From: Bacillota bacterium
Lineage (GTDB): Bacteria > Bacillota > Clostridia > Acetivibrionales > DTU013
DNA length: 64,000 nucleotides
Direction: 5' to 3'
NCBI GenBank assembly: GCA_023435745.1
Contig: JAEZMD010000018.1
Location: 344,090 to 408,089 of the forward strand
Each line of letters begins with the position of its first letter. The first letter of the stretch is position 1. The position numbers were made by a program, and so were the translations under genes. Positions 37,638 through 47,995 of the stretch are shown here, one piece after another. The notes under the pieces were generated by a model that had not been told where the DNA came from, did not search any database, and saw only the letters and a list, made by a program, of their open reading frames with translations.

Positions 37638-39188
37638 ATGGCATATCTATTAGGGATTGATATTGGCACCTCAGGAACGAAGACGGTTCTCTTTGATGAA
37701 GCGGGGAGCACAGTTGCCAGTGCGCTGGAAGAGTATCCTCTTTATCAGCCCAATATCGGCTGGGCGGAGCAGGATCCGGAGGACTGGTGGCAGGCCACAG
37801 TGGGCGGTATCCGCAGAGTACTTGCCAAAAGCGGGATCAAGGCTTCCGATATCAGCGGGATTGGCCTGTCGGGACAAATGCACGGTCTGGTGCTTCTGGA
37901 TGCCGACAACAAGGTGCTCAGACGCTCCATTATCTGGTGTGACCAGAGAACGACTGCAGAGTGTGAACAGATCACTTCAATCATCGGAGCGGAACGACTG
38001 ATTGAAATCACTGCAAATCCGGCGCTCGTTGGCTTTACCGCATCGAAGATCATGTGGGTGAAGAACAACGAACCTGCACTGTTTGAAAAGGCCAGAAAGA
38101 TTTTACTTCCCAAAGACTACGTTAGATTCAGGCTTACAGGTGAATTTGCCACAGAGGTTTCGGATGCCAGCGGTATGCAGCTGATGGACATTCCGGGCAG
38201 ATGCTGGAGCAAGGAAGTCCTGTCGAAGCTTGGAATAGACACAAGCATGGTTGCCGAGATTTATGAATCACAGGAGGTCAGCGGCAGGATTACAAGTGCC
38301 GCCGCATCGCTGACAGGGCTTGCAGAAGGTACGCCGGTAGTCGGCGGAGGCGGAGATCAGGCAGCCGGCGCCGTAGGAAATGGTATCGTCAGGCCCGGGG
38401 TTGTATCTTCAACGATAGGTACCTCCGGAGTCGTATTCGCTTATCTGGACAAAATCAGCATTGACCCGAAGGGAAGGGTACAGACCTTCTGCCATGCGGT
38501 CCCCAATACCTGGCATGTGATGGGAGTAACACAGGCGGCAGGCTTCTCGCTGAAATGGTTCAGAGATAATTTATGTAAGGATGAAATGGCAACAGCTGAG
38601 CTTATGGACGTGGACCCTTATGTTTTGATGGATCAGGAAGCCGAAAAGGTCCGCCCGGGCAGCAACGGCCTGATTTACCTGCCTTATCTCATAGGGGAGA
38701 GGACGCCTCATCTGGATGCTGATGCAAAAGGTGTATTCTTTGGACTATCTACGATACATAAGAAGAGGGACATGATCCGTGCGGTCATGGAAGGAGTCGT
38801 TTACAGCCTCAGAGATTGTCTGGAGATTATCAATGGGATGGGAGTCAATGTCAATGAAGTCAGGGCTTCCGGCGGCGGTGGCAAAAGTCCGCTGTGGAAA
38901 CAGATGCAGGCCGACATATTCGGAGCGCCGATCACCACCATCAATTCCAGCGAGGGTCCGGCGCTTGGCGTCGCACTGCTGGCCGGCGTTGGAACCGGTG
39001 TTTACAGGGACGTTGCGCAGGCCTGTGACGCGGCGATCAAAGTAAAAAAGGTTCAACAGCCTGATATGGAGCTGTATAGCAAGTATTCCAAATTCTACGG
39101 GTTGTATGGACAGCTTTACAGATCCCTTAAAAACGATTATAAGGACCTTGCTGAAATCATGAAGAGTGCTTATGGAGAAGGCGTATGA
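37638..39188 (+). CDS. xylB: Xylulokinase (FGGY family)
   Basis: Reads LGIDIGTSGTKTVLFD with an FGGY layout, and sits in a xylR/xylA context. The ATG at 37638 follows GGAGGG. Confidence 0.88.
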   Translation: MAYLLGIDIGTSGTKTVLFDEAGSTVASALEEYPLYQPNIGWAEQDPEDWWQATVGGIRRVLAKSGIKASDISGIGLSGQMHGLVLLDADNKVLRRSIIWCDQRTTAECEQITSIIGAERLIEITANPALVGFTASKIMWVKNNEPALFEKARKILLPKDYVRFRLTGEFATEVSDASGMQLMDIPGRCWSKEVLSKLGIDTSMVAEIYESQEVSGRITSAAASLTGLAEGTPVVGGGGDQAAGAVGNGIVRPGVVSSTIGTSGVVFAYLDKISIDPKGRVQTFCHAVPNTWHVMGVTQAAGFSLKWFRDNLCKDEMATAELMDVDPYVLMDQEAEKVRPGSNGLIYLPYLIGERTPHLDADAKGVFFGLSTIHKKRDMIRAVMEGVVYSLRDCLEIINGMGVNVNEVRASGGGGKSPLWKQMQADIFGAPITTINSSEGPALGVALLAGVGTGVYRDVAQACDAAIKVKKVQQPDMELYSKYSKFYGLYGQLYRSLKNDYKDLAEIMKSAYGEGV

Positions 39189-40384
39189 CAAGAAGCAGGA
39201 CAGGGAACAGTAAGTTTCTGAAGGCCTATAATGAAGCCGGAATACTGGATCTGATCCGTACGGGAAAGGGTATATCAAGAGCGGATATTTCCAAAGAAAC
39301 AGGACTGTCGCCCACTGCGGCGGGTGCAATTGTATCCTCTCTGATCGAAAGGGGCTACATCCGCGAAACAGGTATAGGAGAATCCAGGGGCGGAAGAAAA
39401 CCTGTTTTGCTTGAGCTGAGGCAGGATTCATATTACTCTGTCGGGCTGGATGTGGATGTGGACAGCATTTTATTCATCCTTATGGATATTACGGGAAAGG
39501 TAACATATGAAGGAGCTGCCGTACTGACTGACAATGCTCCGCAAGCGGCGGCAGAGACAGCGGCAGCCTGCATCAGAGAACTCGTACGCGAATGTTCCAT
39601 TGAGAGGGAGAGACTGCTTGGTATTGGTGTGTCTGTTCCAGGCATGGTGGATGCCGTTTCCCATCGTATCGTTCTTGCGCCGAACCTCGGTTGGGAGGAT
39701 GTGGACTTTGGAGCACTGTTAAAGGAACAGATCGGACTGCCGGTGTATATTGAAAATGAGGCAATGGCTTCCGCTATTTGCGAAAATTGGCTCGGAGCCT
39801 GCCAGAACGACAACAATTTTGTATGTGTTAATATTAAATCCGGTATAGGCGCCGGTATTTTTGCCGGAGGAAAGCCCTACAGAGGAGCAGGCGGCAGCGC
39901 AGGAGAGGTCGGGCATGTCGTTGTGGATGAGAACGGTCCCAGGTGCGGCTGCGGAAACTATGGATGCCTTGAGACGATTGCCTCAACCGGAAGGATCATT
40001 GAGAAGGCAGAAAGAATGGTCGGGCAGGGCATTGTGTCCAGTCTCAGCAAGATCGGCAACGCAAAGAACATCCATCTCAGTGATATCGCGGATGCTGCCA
40101 GGGCAGGAGATGATGCGGCAAAAGGCCTGTTGAATGAAGCAGCCGGATATCTCGGTATCGCATTATCCAACCTGGTGAATACGCTGAACCCTTCAAAGAT
40201 CGTGCTTGGGAAGAACTTTACTGTCTACGGTGATTTGGTAATGGAGACGCTAAGGGGTGTTATTGACCGCAAAGCATTGAAAAGGCCGGCCGCCGGTGTT
40301 GAGATAATCGCATCTGAAATGGGGGAGCGGGTATCCACTTTAGGAGCGGCAATTGTACCTTTGAAGCTCCTGTTTGGCAGGTAA
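39185..40384 (+). CDS. xylR: ROK-family transcriptional regulator (XylR-type)
   Basis: The N-terminal wHTH (ISRADISKETGLSPTAAGAIVSSLIERGYI) is followed by a ROK sugar-kinase-like domain with CGCGNYGCLE. It overlaps the xylB stop (ATGA). Confidence 0.75.
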   Translation: MTRSRTGNSKFLKAYNEAGILDLIRTGKGISRADISKETGLSPTAAGAIVSSLIERGYIRETGIGESRGGRKPVLLELRQDSYYSVGLDVDVDSILFILMDITGKVTYEGAAVLTDNAPQAAAETAAACIRELVRECSIERERLLGIGVSVPGMVDAVSHRIVLAPNLGWEDVDFGALLKEQIGLPVYIENEAMASAICENWLGACQNDNNFVCVNIKSGIGAGIFAGGKPYRGAGGSAGEVGHVVVDENGPRCGCGNYGCLETIASTGRIIEKAERMVGQGIVSSLSKIGNAKNIHLSDIADAARAGDDAAKGLLNEAAGYLGIALSNLVNTLNPSKIVLGKNFTVYGDLVMETLRGVIDRKALKRPAAGVEIIASEMGERVSTLGAAIVPLKLLFGR

Positions 40385-40417
40385 GAATCGGCTGAAATAT
40401 TAGTTCCGATTCTTTTA
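40385..40417 (+). terminator. Hairpin/terminator between xylR and xylA
   Basis: GAATCGG (40385-91) pairs with CCGATTC (40406-12), followed by TTTTAC. Confidence 0.5.
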
Positions 40418-40562
40418 CGGGGAATGGAGCGGGCTGGTCGCATACTGCGTATGCTGCTCGCCTATACAGCCAAGTTAGTGTAGTTCCCCGGAAAAGTTTA
40501 TCGGAAGTTATATTTTAACGATTCAATATATAATTAATTATTATAGAATGGAGGATATTATC

Positions 40563-41879
40563 ATGGGAGAAATATTTAAAGGAATTGGAAAAATCAAGTT
40601 TGAGGGGCAGGGCTCCGACAATCCGTTGGCTTTTCAGCATTACAATGCTGATGAGGTAGTTGCGGGCAAAAGAATGGAGGATCATCTGAGGTTTGCAGTG
40701 GCGTACTGGCATACATTCCAGGCGACCGGTAAGGATCAGTTCGGCGTTGGTACGGCAATCAGACCATGGGACAGCATCAGCGACAAAATGGAACTGGCAA
40801 AGTTGAAAGTAGAGGCAAACTTTGAATTCTGCGAGAAGGTGGGTTCACCGTTCTTCTGCTTCCACGACAGAGATATTTCTCCTGAGGCCGACACATTGAA
40901 GGAGACTAATAAAAGACTTGATGAAATTGTTAGTGTTATGAAGGAAAGGATGAAAAGCAGCCCTGTGAAGCTGTTGTGGGGCACTACCAACGCCTTCGAC
41001 CATCAAAGGTTTGTGCATGGCGCTTCCACCTCTCCCAATGCTGATGTGTTTGCATTTGCGGCAGCTCAGGTGAAGAAGGCTATGGAGATCACTCATGAGC
41101 TCGGTGGTCAGAACTACGTATTTTGGGGCGGCAGAGAAGGCTATGAGACGCTGTTGAACACAGATATGAAGCTGGAACTGGACAATCTTGCACGTTTCCT
41201 GTCCATGGCTGTAGATTATGCAAAAGAAATCGGCTTTAATGGACAGTTCCTCATCGAGCCCAAGCCGAAGGAACCCACAAAGCACCAGTATGACTTTGAC
41301 GCAGGAACTGTTATCGGTTTTCTGAAGACCTATGGCCTTGACCCGTATTTCAAGCTGAATATTGAAGCCAATCATGCAACTCTTGCGGCGCACACCTTCC
41401 AGCATGACCTGAGGGTAGCGCGGATCAACGGAATGCTCGGAAGCATTGACGCAAATCAGGGAGATATGTTGCTGGGCTGGGATACGGATCAATTCCCGAC
41501 CAATATTTACGACACTACGCTGGCTATGTATGAAGTGCTCAAGATGGGCGGACTCACCACAGGCGGTCTGAACTTCGATTCCAAGGTCAGAAGAGGATCC
41601 TTCGAGCCTGTTGACCTGTTCTATGGGCACATTGCCGGAATGGACACTTTCGCAAAAGGACTGAAGGTAGCTGCAGCGATGATCGAGGACGGCAAGATTG
41701 ACAAATTTGTTGCTGACAGATACCAGAGCTATAACACCGGTATCGGAAAAGACATCATAAATCGGAAGGTCGGCTTCAAAGAGCTCGAAAAATATGCACT
41801 GGAGAATGACAAGATCACAAATACATCAGGCAGGCAGGAAATGCTTGAAACTATTTTGAACGGATACATCTATAAGTAA
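40563..41879 (+). CDS. xylA: Xylose isomerase
   Basis: Contains [16 protein letters not shown] and [17 protein letters not shown]. The ATG at 40563 follows GGAGGA. Confidence 0.95.
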   Translation: MGEIFKGIGKIKFEGQGSDNPLAFQHYNADEVVAGKRMEDHLRFAVAYWHTFQATGKDQFGVGTAIRPWDSISDKMELAKLKVEANFEFCEKVGSPFFCFHDRDISPEADTLKETNKRLDEIVSVMKERMKSSPVKLLWGTTNAFDHQRFVHGASTSPNADVFAFAAAQVKKAMEITHELGGQNYVFWGGREGYETLLNTDMKLELDNLARFLSMAVDYAKEIGFNGQFLIEPKPKEPTKHQYDFDAGTVIGFLKTYGLDPYFKLNIEANHATLAAHTFQHDLRVARINGMLGSIDANQGDMLLGWDTDQFPTNIYDTTLAMYEVLKMGGLTTGGLNFDSKVRRGSFEPVDLFYGHIAGMDTFAKGLKVAAAMIEDGKIDKFVADRYQSYNTGIGKDIINRKVGFKELEKYALENDKITNTSGRQEMLETILNGYIYK

Positions 41880-41920
41880 ATCAATGAATCAAGGCGTACA
41901 ATTAAGGTAATCAACAGTCA

Positions 41921-41966
41921 AAGAGGGGATGCGTTTTGCAGTGATGCAGGTGCATCTCTTTTTTTG
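41921..41966 (+). terminator. xylA terminator
   Basis: An imperfect GC-rich stem (AGAGGGGATGC with GCATCTCT) followed by a T7 run. Confidence 0.6.
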
Positions 41967-42006
41967 ATTTCGAGATCTGAAAAAAATTTTATTCTATTTT
42001 ATCAAT

Positions 42007-42081
42007 AAAAACGAAGTGAAAAATCGTTCTTATGCTGATATCCCGGGGGTTAAGGCATAAGACAGCGCATAACTTCGTTTT
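42007..42081. repeat. Nested inverted repeats forming a ~75-nt two-tier hairpin
   Basis: The outer stem pairs AAAACGAAGT (42008-17) with ACTTCGTTTT (42072-81). The inner stem pairs TCTTATGC (42028-35) with GCATAAGA (42055-62). Confidence 0.8.
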
Positions 42082-42191
42082 ATACTTATTTGATGGATGT
42101 ATTGTAGAATTAAAAAGGAAAATAATGATAGATGGTATGAAATTCAGCGCCGAACGCGCAATTAAAGAGCAATAGGGAGGATGAAGTTATC

Positions 42192-43898
42192 ATGAAAAAG
42201 CGTATATTAAGTTGCATCCTGACAGTCGTGTTGTGCATGTCCCTGATACCAGTTACTGTGTTCGCAGCAGGAGCGACCATTTCATTGAACAAAACTGTTT
42301 ACGCGCCAGGCGAGCGTATTATTGTCACAGTTTCTGAAATAACGCAGCAAATGGTAGAAGATGATGCGTTTGTCTCGATTTACATGGCTGGCTCAGCGCA
42401 TAGCGAATGGGGAGACTATTTTTATGTCGAGATCGGCGAGAGTCAGGGCGAACTCAGGGCCCCGGATGCATACGGCTCTTATGAAATGCGGCTCTATAGA
42501 AAAAACGGTGAATATACGAATGAGACATTTGTGATGAAAGTGGCATTTAAGGTTGGAGATGTATCTGTAGATAATCCCGGAAAAATTGAACTGGATAAAG
42601 ACGCATACCTTGCTAATTCGCAAATTACGGTAAAGGTTACCGGCATTACGGAGCAGATGGAAGAGGACGGCACGTTTGTCTCTATTTATAAAAAAGGCGC
42701 GCAGCACGATCAATGGGGTGTCTATGCCTATCCCAAGGCGGGGAACGGCACTATAGAACTGACTGCCCCTAATCTGAACGGTGATTTTGAAATGCGTCTT
42801 TATTCAGAGGATCATTATTACTCGGATGCGACATTTGTAATGAGCGTGCCTTTCAAATTAAGCGGCGCAACGATCCCCAAAGGTTCCGCATGGGCGTCGG
42901 GTGAGATTGAAAAGGCAGAGGCTCTGGGGTTGATCCCGGATTCGATAAAGAAAGCAGATCTGACAAAGCCCATCACCCGTGAGGAGTTCGCGGAGCTGGT
43001 GGTTAAGCTGTATGAGAAGAGCACCGGTAAGGCGGCGGCACCTGCGTCACCCAATCCGTTCACTGATACAAAGAACCCTGAGATACTGAAGGCATTCAAA
43101 CTTGGGATCACCACCGGTACTTCTGCAACCACGTTCGCGCCTAAGGCGCTTACCAACCGGGAGCAGGTGGCCACCATGCTGAGCCGGGCAATACGCGGCA
43201 TGGCGCCAGGTGGGGATTTCTCCACGACGGGTGCTCCTATCTTTTCGGATCGGAAGGACATATCCTCATGGGCGTTGGATCATGTACTGTTCATGGCCAG
43301 GTTGGGAATCATCAAGGGCAGCGGCGACAAATTCATGCCCAAGGCAACCACAACGGCTCAGACGGCGGCAGGATATGCGACCACCACCAGAGAGCAGGCA
43401 ATCGCCATGAGCGTGCGTTCTTTTGACCAGATGGATACCATCAGGGAGAGCCAGGGTACGGCGGATCCGGAGGCTGCACAGCCAGATCCGCAGGCGCCCG
43501 TGGACAAGGATCCTTCACAGCCAAATCCGAAAACATCCGCAGACAAATCTACTAATAAAGACATATCCGGTACGTGGTGGTACAGCTATGCGGTAGGTAA
43601 TGTTGGAATGTCCATAATGGTTGAGCTTAATGAGGATGGTACATTTGAAAGAGCAGTAGGAAGCTCAGCAGGATATTCATATGCAGCAACTGCTTTTGAA
43701 GGCAAGTACAGAATATCCGCAGAAAAAATTATTTTTTATGATCAAAAGAAGAGCACAGGATATGCGTCTTCATGGGAGGAGCTCTGGAGGATTTCTGATG
43801 GCCTGGTCAAAGATGTTCCTGCAGAAGATACTGAATTTTCATTCGGTGGGATCGTCGACGGCAATTTGATTATGAATGATTCGGAATATCACAGGTAG
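42192..43898 (+). CDS. Secreted cell-wall protein: two ~95-aa tandem N-terminal repeats, SLH domains and a C-terminal lipocalin-like region
   Basis: Has a signal peptide. The internal repeat spans roughly 42270-42864. SLH-like segments include FTDTKNPEILKAFKLGITTGTSATTFAP and FSDRKDISSWALDHVLFMARLGIIKGSG. Confidence 0.7.
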   Translation: MKKRILSCILTVVLCMSLIPVTVFAAGATISLNKTVYAPGERIIVTVSEITQQMVEDDAFVSIYMAGSAHSEWGDYFYVEIGESQGELRAPDAYGSYEMRLYRKNGEYTNETFVMKVAFKVGDVSVDNPGKIELDKDAYLANSQITVKVTGITEQMEEDGTFVSIYKKGAQHDQWGVYAYPKAGNGTIELTAPNLNGDFEMRLYSEDHYYSDATFVMSVPFKLSGATIPKGSAWASGEIEKAEALGLIPDSIKKADLTKPITREEFAELVVKLYEKSTGKAAAPASPNPFTDTKNPEILKAFKLGITTGTSATTFAPKALTNREQVATMLSRAIRGMAPGGDFSTTGAPIFSDRKDISSWALDHVLFMARLGIIKGSGDKFMPKATTTAQTAAGYATTTREQAIAMSVRSFDQMDTIRESQGTADPEAAQPDPQAPVDKDPSQPNPKTSADKSTNKDISGTWWYSYAVGNVGMSIMVELNEDGTFERAVGSSAGYSYAATAFEGKYRISAEKIIFYDQKKSTGYASSWEELWRISDGLVKDVPAEDTEFSFGGIVDGNLIMNDSEYHR

Positions 43899-43912
43899 TG
43901 AACAAAATGGCG

Positions 43913-45664
43913 CTACACCGGCAGTTGGATTGTGAATTTTGTTCCTTTGCCCAGCTCACTGTACAGCGTGATATCTCCATTGTACATATTTATAATGTGC
44001 TTGACGATGGATAGGCCGAGGCCTGTGCCGCCCATGCTGCGGGAGCGGCCTTTATCCACGCGATAGAAGCGTTCAAAGATTCTGTCATGGTGCTTTGGAT
44101 CAATACCGATGCCTGTGTCTTCGATGCAAATCACAACTTTTCCGTTAGCCGTGGCCGCATTGATGCTCACACTGCCATTATCTTTGTTATAATTTATCCC
44201 ATTATCTATGAGGTTGATGAGCATTTGTTTGATTCTGTCTCTATTGGCTTCAATCATTATCTCGGGATTAGCATTCAAACTAAGCGTGACTCCTTTTTTT
44301 TCAGCAGGAATTTGCAATACCGATACTACTTCGGATATAGTCTCGGTCAGATTGTGCCTGGTGATGTTCGTGTCGCTTGCGGAGTTTTCTATTTCAGAGA
44401 GCTGAAGGATATCGTTGATAAGCATAGTTAACCGTTCAGCCTCAATATCAATGATCTCCAGAAACTTCGGTGCAACCTCCGGGTCATTGACGGCGCCATT
44501 TCGCAATGTTTCAACAAATCCTCTGATGGAGGTGAGCGGTGTCTTTAACTCATGAGTCACATTTGACACAAACTCGGTGCGGATTTTTTCGAGCTTTTTC
44601 ATTGTTGTGATATCGAGTATTGAAATAATTGCTCCTGAGTTGGGGTCTTCTCCTTCCTGGGATCTGATCGGGCTGGCGTGTATGCTGAATGTTCCTGTCT
44701 CAGGAGCGCCCATGATGAGTTCTGTTACCACAGAGGTGTTGGTGGCTACGGTTTTTTCCATGATCTCATTAATCTGACGGTTTCTGATCACTTCGATCAG
44801 CTTTCTTCCAAGTGCGTTTTCCTTTGTAATGCCGAATAGCTGCTCGGCGACGGCATTAATCAGAACCACCCGCAGTTCGCGATCAACAGCCACAACACAG
44901 TTTGTCATACTGTTTAATATTGCATCGAATTGTACATTCTTATCTGTCAGGTCTGCTACTGTTTTATCAAGCGTGAATGCCATGTCGTTAAAGGTGGCTG
45001 CAAGCTGTCCCAGATCATCGGGCTTCGTAATTGCAACCCTTTTGGAATAATTTCCGTCAGCTATCTCCTTTGCTGCTGCGGTCAGGTCTTTCACAGGTCT
45101 GCTGATGTCTGATGAAAAAAGCAGAGCCAAAAGGCCTGTCAGCAAAAGTCCTGGAAGCATTCCAAGCAGGCTGTAAAACAATATTTGCTTATCACTTCTT
45201 CTGAGTTGATCCAGAGGAACGGACACCCTGATGATCAGGTCAGTTTGTAAGGAGGGGACTGCAATATATAAAAAATCCTTCCGAAGGGTAGAACTAAAGC
45301 GGATATCTTCTCCGATTCTGCCATTGAGAGCTTCTTGCACCTCAAGTCTGTCAAGATGATTTTCCATGCTGCTGTAGTTGGTTTTTGATTCTCCCAGAAC
45401 ATTCCCCCGACCATCAATCACAGTGATTCTGAGATCGGATAGGGCATCCGAATATGTTTTTGCAAGCGCGTCATAATCAAGTTTACCACCTGCCTGTGCT
45501 GTCCTTGACAACTCATTATCAAAAAGCAGCGCAACTGTTTCTATGCGTTCTCTTACATCATTCTTATAAAGATCGCGCGCATGCTGCGCAACAAAAAAAC
45601 CGGTTATGGACATTCCGGTAATGGTCAAAATAATAAAATAGAGAATAATTTTTTTTCGCATCAC
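43913..45664 (-). CDS. phoR: PhoR-type sensor histidine kinase (TM-HAMP-PAS-HisKA-HATPase)
   Basis: Contains the H-box SNVTHELKTPLTSI, plus DNGINY and GTGLGLSIV. It lies at the distal end of the pst-phoU operon. Confidence 0.75.
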   Translation of the reverse strand: MMRKKIILYFIILTITGMSITGFFVAQHARDLYKNDVRERIETVALLFDNELSRTAQAGGKLDYDALAKTYSDALSDLRITVIDGRGNVLGESKTNYSSMENHLDRLEVQEALNGRIGEDIRFSSTLRKDFLYIAVPSLQTDLIIRVSVPLDQLRRSDKQILFYSLLGMLPGLLLTGLLALLFSSDISRPVKDLTAAAKEIADGNYSKRVAITKPDDLGQLAATFNDMAFTLDKTVADLTDKNVQFDAILNSMTNCVVAVDRELRVVLINAVAEQLFGITKENALGRKLIEVIRNRQINEIMEKTVATNTSVVTELIMGAPETGTFSIHASPIRSQEGEDPNSGAIISILDITTMKKLEKIRTEFVSNVTHELKTPLTSIRGFVETLRNGAVNDPEVAPKFLEIIDIEAERLTMLINDILQLSEIENSASDTNITRHNLTETISEVVSVLQIPAEKKGVTLSLNANPEIMIEANRDRIKQMLINLIDNGINYNKDNGSVSINAATANGKVVICIEDTGIGIDPKHHDRIFERFYRVDKGRSRSMGGTGLGLSIVKHIINMYNGDITLYSELGKGTKFTIQLPV

Positions 45665-46374
45665 ATCACCCTCTCACTTTTGTCGCTGAACCTGTAGCCG
45701 ACCCCTCTTATTGTTTCTATATATACGGGATTGCCGTCGTCCTCTTCAATCTTTTGCCTTAGGTACCGTATATGAACATCTACCGTCCGGGTTTCGCCAT
45801 AATAATCGAATCCCCAGATTTTATCCAGCAGGTGCTCCCGGGACAAGACCTTTCCCTTGTTTTGCATCAAGATCTTCAGCAAATCAAATTCCTTCAGTGG
45901 CATCTCCACAGGTTGGCCTTTCTTGTAGACTTCATGGCGGGAGAGGTCAATTTCGATATCACCATGCCGTATTATATCCGAATCCGGCAAGGATGATTTT
46001 ACGGTCCTTCTGAACAAGGCCTTGACCCTTGCCAACAGCTCGCGTACGCTGAACGGCTTGGTAATGTAATCATCGGCTCCCAATTCCAGACCCAGCACCT
46101 TATCAAACTCTTCGCTTTTTGCAGTGAGCATGATAATTGGAATCTCTTTTGAACTTGGATCTGATCTTAACAGTCTGCAGATTTCAAAACCGTCCATTCC
46201 CGGCAGCATAATGTCCAGTATAAAAAGGGCGGGAAGGGAGGTCTGCAGTTCCTTTACCATTTTCTCACCGTTTTCAAATACAAGAACCTTGTAGCCTGCA
46301 GCTTCCAGATTATATTTAAGCAACTGCTGAATATGAACATCATCCTCCACTATATAGACCAATTCTTTTAACAT
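45661..46374 (-). CDS. phoP: OmpR/PhoB-family response regulator (PhoP-type)
   Basis: Contains the receiver motif DIMLPGMDG and the winged helix RGVGYRF. It overlaps phoR by 4 nt. Confidence 0.75.
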   Translation of the reverse strand: MLKELVYIVEDDVHIQQLLKYNLEAAGYKVLVFENGEKMVKELQTSLPALFILDIMLPGMDGFEICRLLRSDPSSKEIPIIMLTAKSEEFDKVLGLELGADDYITKPFSVRELLARVKALFRRTVKSSLPDSDIIRHGDIEIDLSRHEVYKKGQPVEMPLKEFDLLKILMQNKGKVLSREHLLDKIWGFDYYGETRTVDVHIRYLRQKIEEDDGNPVYIETIRGVGYRFSDKSERVM

Positions 46375-46448
46375 CTTCTCACCCTTTCTTCAATGACTCT
46401 TCGTCTTCGGGGACGGTTCTCAACTTTACATCAAAAAACGCTGCCGGA

Positions 46449-47159
46449 TTATTCCGGATTATCGGCTAATTGAGGCACATGGCCCTCATCTTTATGGTAT
46501 AGCCTTGCCAGATGCTCATGCTCTCCGGTAACATTGAATACGACCCACTCGCCGATATTGGTCGCGTGATCTGCCATACGCTCAAGATACTTGGCGATAA
46601 ACATAAAGTCAATACCCTGCTCAACTGTGGACGGATTATTTCGCATCAAATTGATTAGTTCCAGAATGATCTTGTTGAAAAGGTTATCAACCTCATCGTC
46701 ACTTGCGCAAACGTTTTGAGCAAGCCGGATATCATGCCTGACGTAAGCGTCTATAGATTTGTTCACCATGATCTTGGCCAGCTCCGCCATTTTTGGGATG
46801 TCGATAAGCGGCTTGATGTATTTCTTCCCGGACATACGAAGTGTAATTTCTGCAATGTCGGCAGAGGCGTCTGCAATACGCTCCATATCAGTAATAATTT
46901 TTAACGCGGTGCTGATCGTCCTCAGATCCTTCGCCAGCGGCTGCTGCCGCGCGATCAGGTTCATGCATTTTCTTTCTATAATTCGCTCATAATCATCAAT
47001 TACATCATCGTTGCGAAAAACCTGCCTTGCCAGCTCAACATCCTGATTTTTAAGCGCAAGAATGGTATTATCTATAGATTCCTCCACGAGGCTTCCCATT
47101 TTGATCAAGTCTAAATGAAGCTCCTCCAGCCCTATGTCAAAAGAATGTCTTCCTACCAT
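46449..47159 (-). CDS. phoU: Phosphate signalling complex protein PhoU
   Basis: Contains two PhoU repeats (DxxxD, ERIADxA / ERMADHATNI). The ATG at 47159 follows AAGGAGGA, and the track's N-terminal extension is unlikely. Confidence 0.85.
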   Translation of the reverse strand: MVGRHSFDIGLEELHLDLIKMGSLVEESIDNTILALKNQDVELARQVFRNDDVIDDYERIIERKCMNLIARQQPLAKDLRTISTALKIITDMERIADASADIAEITLRMSGKKYIKPLIDIPKMAELAKIMVNKSIDAYVRHDIRLAQNVCASDDEVDNLFNKIILELINLMRNNPSTVEQGIDFMFIAKYLERMADHATNIGEWVVFNVTGEHEHLARLYHKDEGHVPQLADNPE

Positions 47160-47202
47160 AATGCATTCCTCCTTATATAAACTCCCCGTATCTTTCATTA
47201 TA

Positions 47203-47970
47203 TTATCCGAACCTGCCGGTGATATAATCTTCCGTGCGTTTGTCCCTCGGTTTACTAAATATTTTTTCCGTACGGTCAAATTCTATTATTTCTCCAAGCA
47301 GAAAGAAAGCTGTTCTGTCTGATATTCTGCCTGCCTGTTGCATGTTGTGGGTTACAATAATAATTGTATATTTTTCTTTAAGCTCACCGATCAAATCTTC
47401 AATCTTTAATGTCGATATGGGATCAAGGGCTGAGGTGGGTTCATCCATGAGCAATACCTCCGGCTCGACTGCGAGAACTCTGGCAATACAGAGTCTTTGC
47501 TGCTGGCCTCCGGAGAGACCAAGTGCATTTTGTTTCAGGCGGTCTTTTACCTCATCCCAAAGAGCCGCATTTCGAAGACTGTTTTCTACTATCTCGTTTA
47601 GCTGGGATTTGGACTTGACGCCATGTATTCTCGGCCCGTAGGCGACATTGTCAAAAACGGACATCGGGAAAGGGTTTGGCTTTTGAAACACCATCCCAAC
47701 TCTCTTTCTTAATTCAACGGTATCATAATCCCGATATATGTTCAAGCCGTCCAGATATACCTCGCCGGAGATGGTGACGTTTGGGATGAGATCATTCATC
47801 CGGTTTAATGTTTTAATAAATGTGGATTTACCGCAGCCGGACGGCCCGATGAGGGCTGTGACATACCTGTCCGCAATTTCAATATTAATGCCCTTTAGCG
47901 CTTGAACTCCGCTGTAAAACAGGTTAAGCTCTTTGGTATTTATTTTTGCTTTGTTGTTATTCATAATCAT
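47203..47970 (-). CDS. pstB: Phosphate ABC transporter ATP-binding protein
   Basis: Contains [22 protein letters not shown] and [11 protein letters not shown]. Confidence 0.93.
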   Translation of the reverse strand: MIMNNNKAKINTKELNLFYSGVQALKGINIEIADRYVTALIGPSGCGKSTFIKTLNRMNDLIPNVTISGEVYLDGLNIYRDYDTVELRKRVGMVFQKPNPFPMSVFDNVAYGPRIHGVKSKSQLNEIVENSLRNAALWDEVKDRLKQNALGLSGGQQQRLCIARVLAVEPEVLLMDEPTSALDPISTLKIEDLIGELKEKYTIIIVTHNMQQAGRISDRTAFFLLGEIIEFDRTEKIFSKPRDKRTEDYITGRFG

Positions 47971-47995
47971 CTGCCTTTCGTGTTCTCGAATTGAC

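Noticed and set aside
40480-40500. A dispersed CCCGGAAAA-like motif shared by the xylA upstream region, the pstS upstream array and the 15450 region
   Set aside because: The shared core is only 8-10 nt and degenerate. Matches of that length are expected by chance in 128 kb of two-strand sequence, so I did not link the loci.
40845-41630. 261-aa antisense ORF inside xylA (and a similar one at 38745..39431 across xylB/xylR)
   Set aside because: The sense genes are unambiguous, and the antisense products have no motifs or translation signals.
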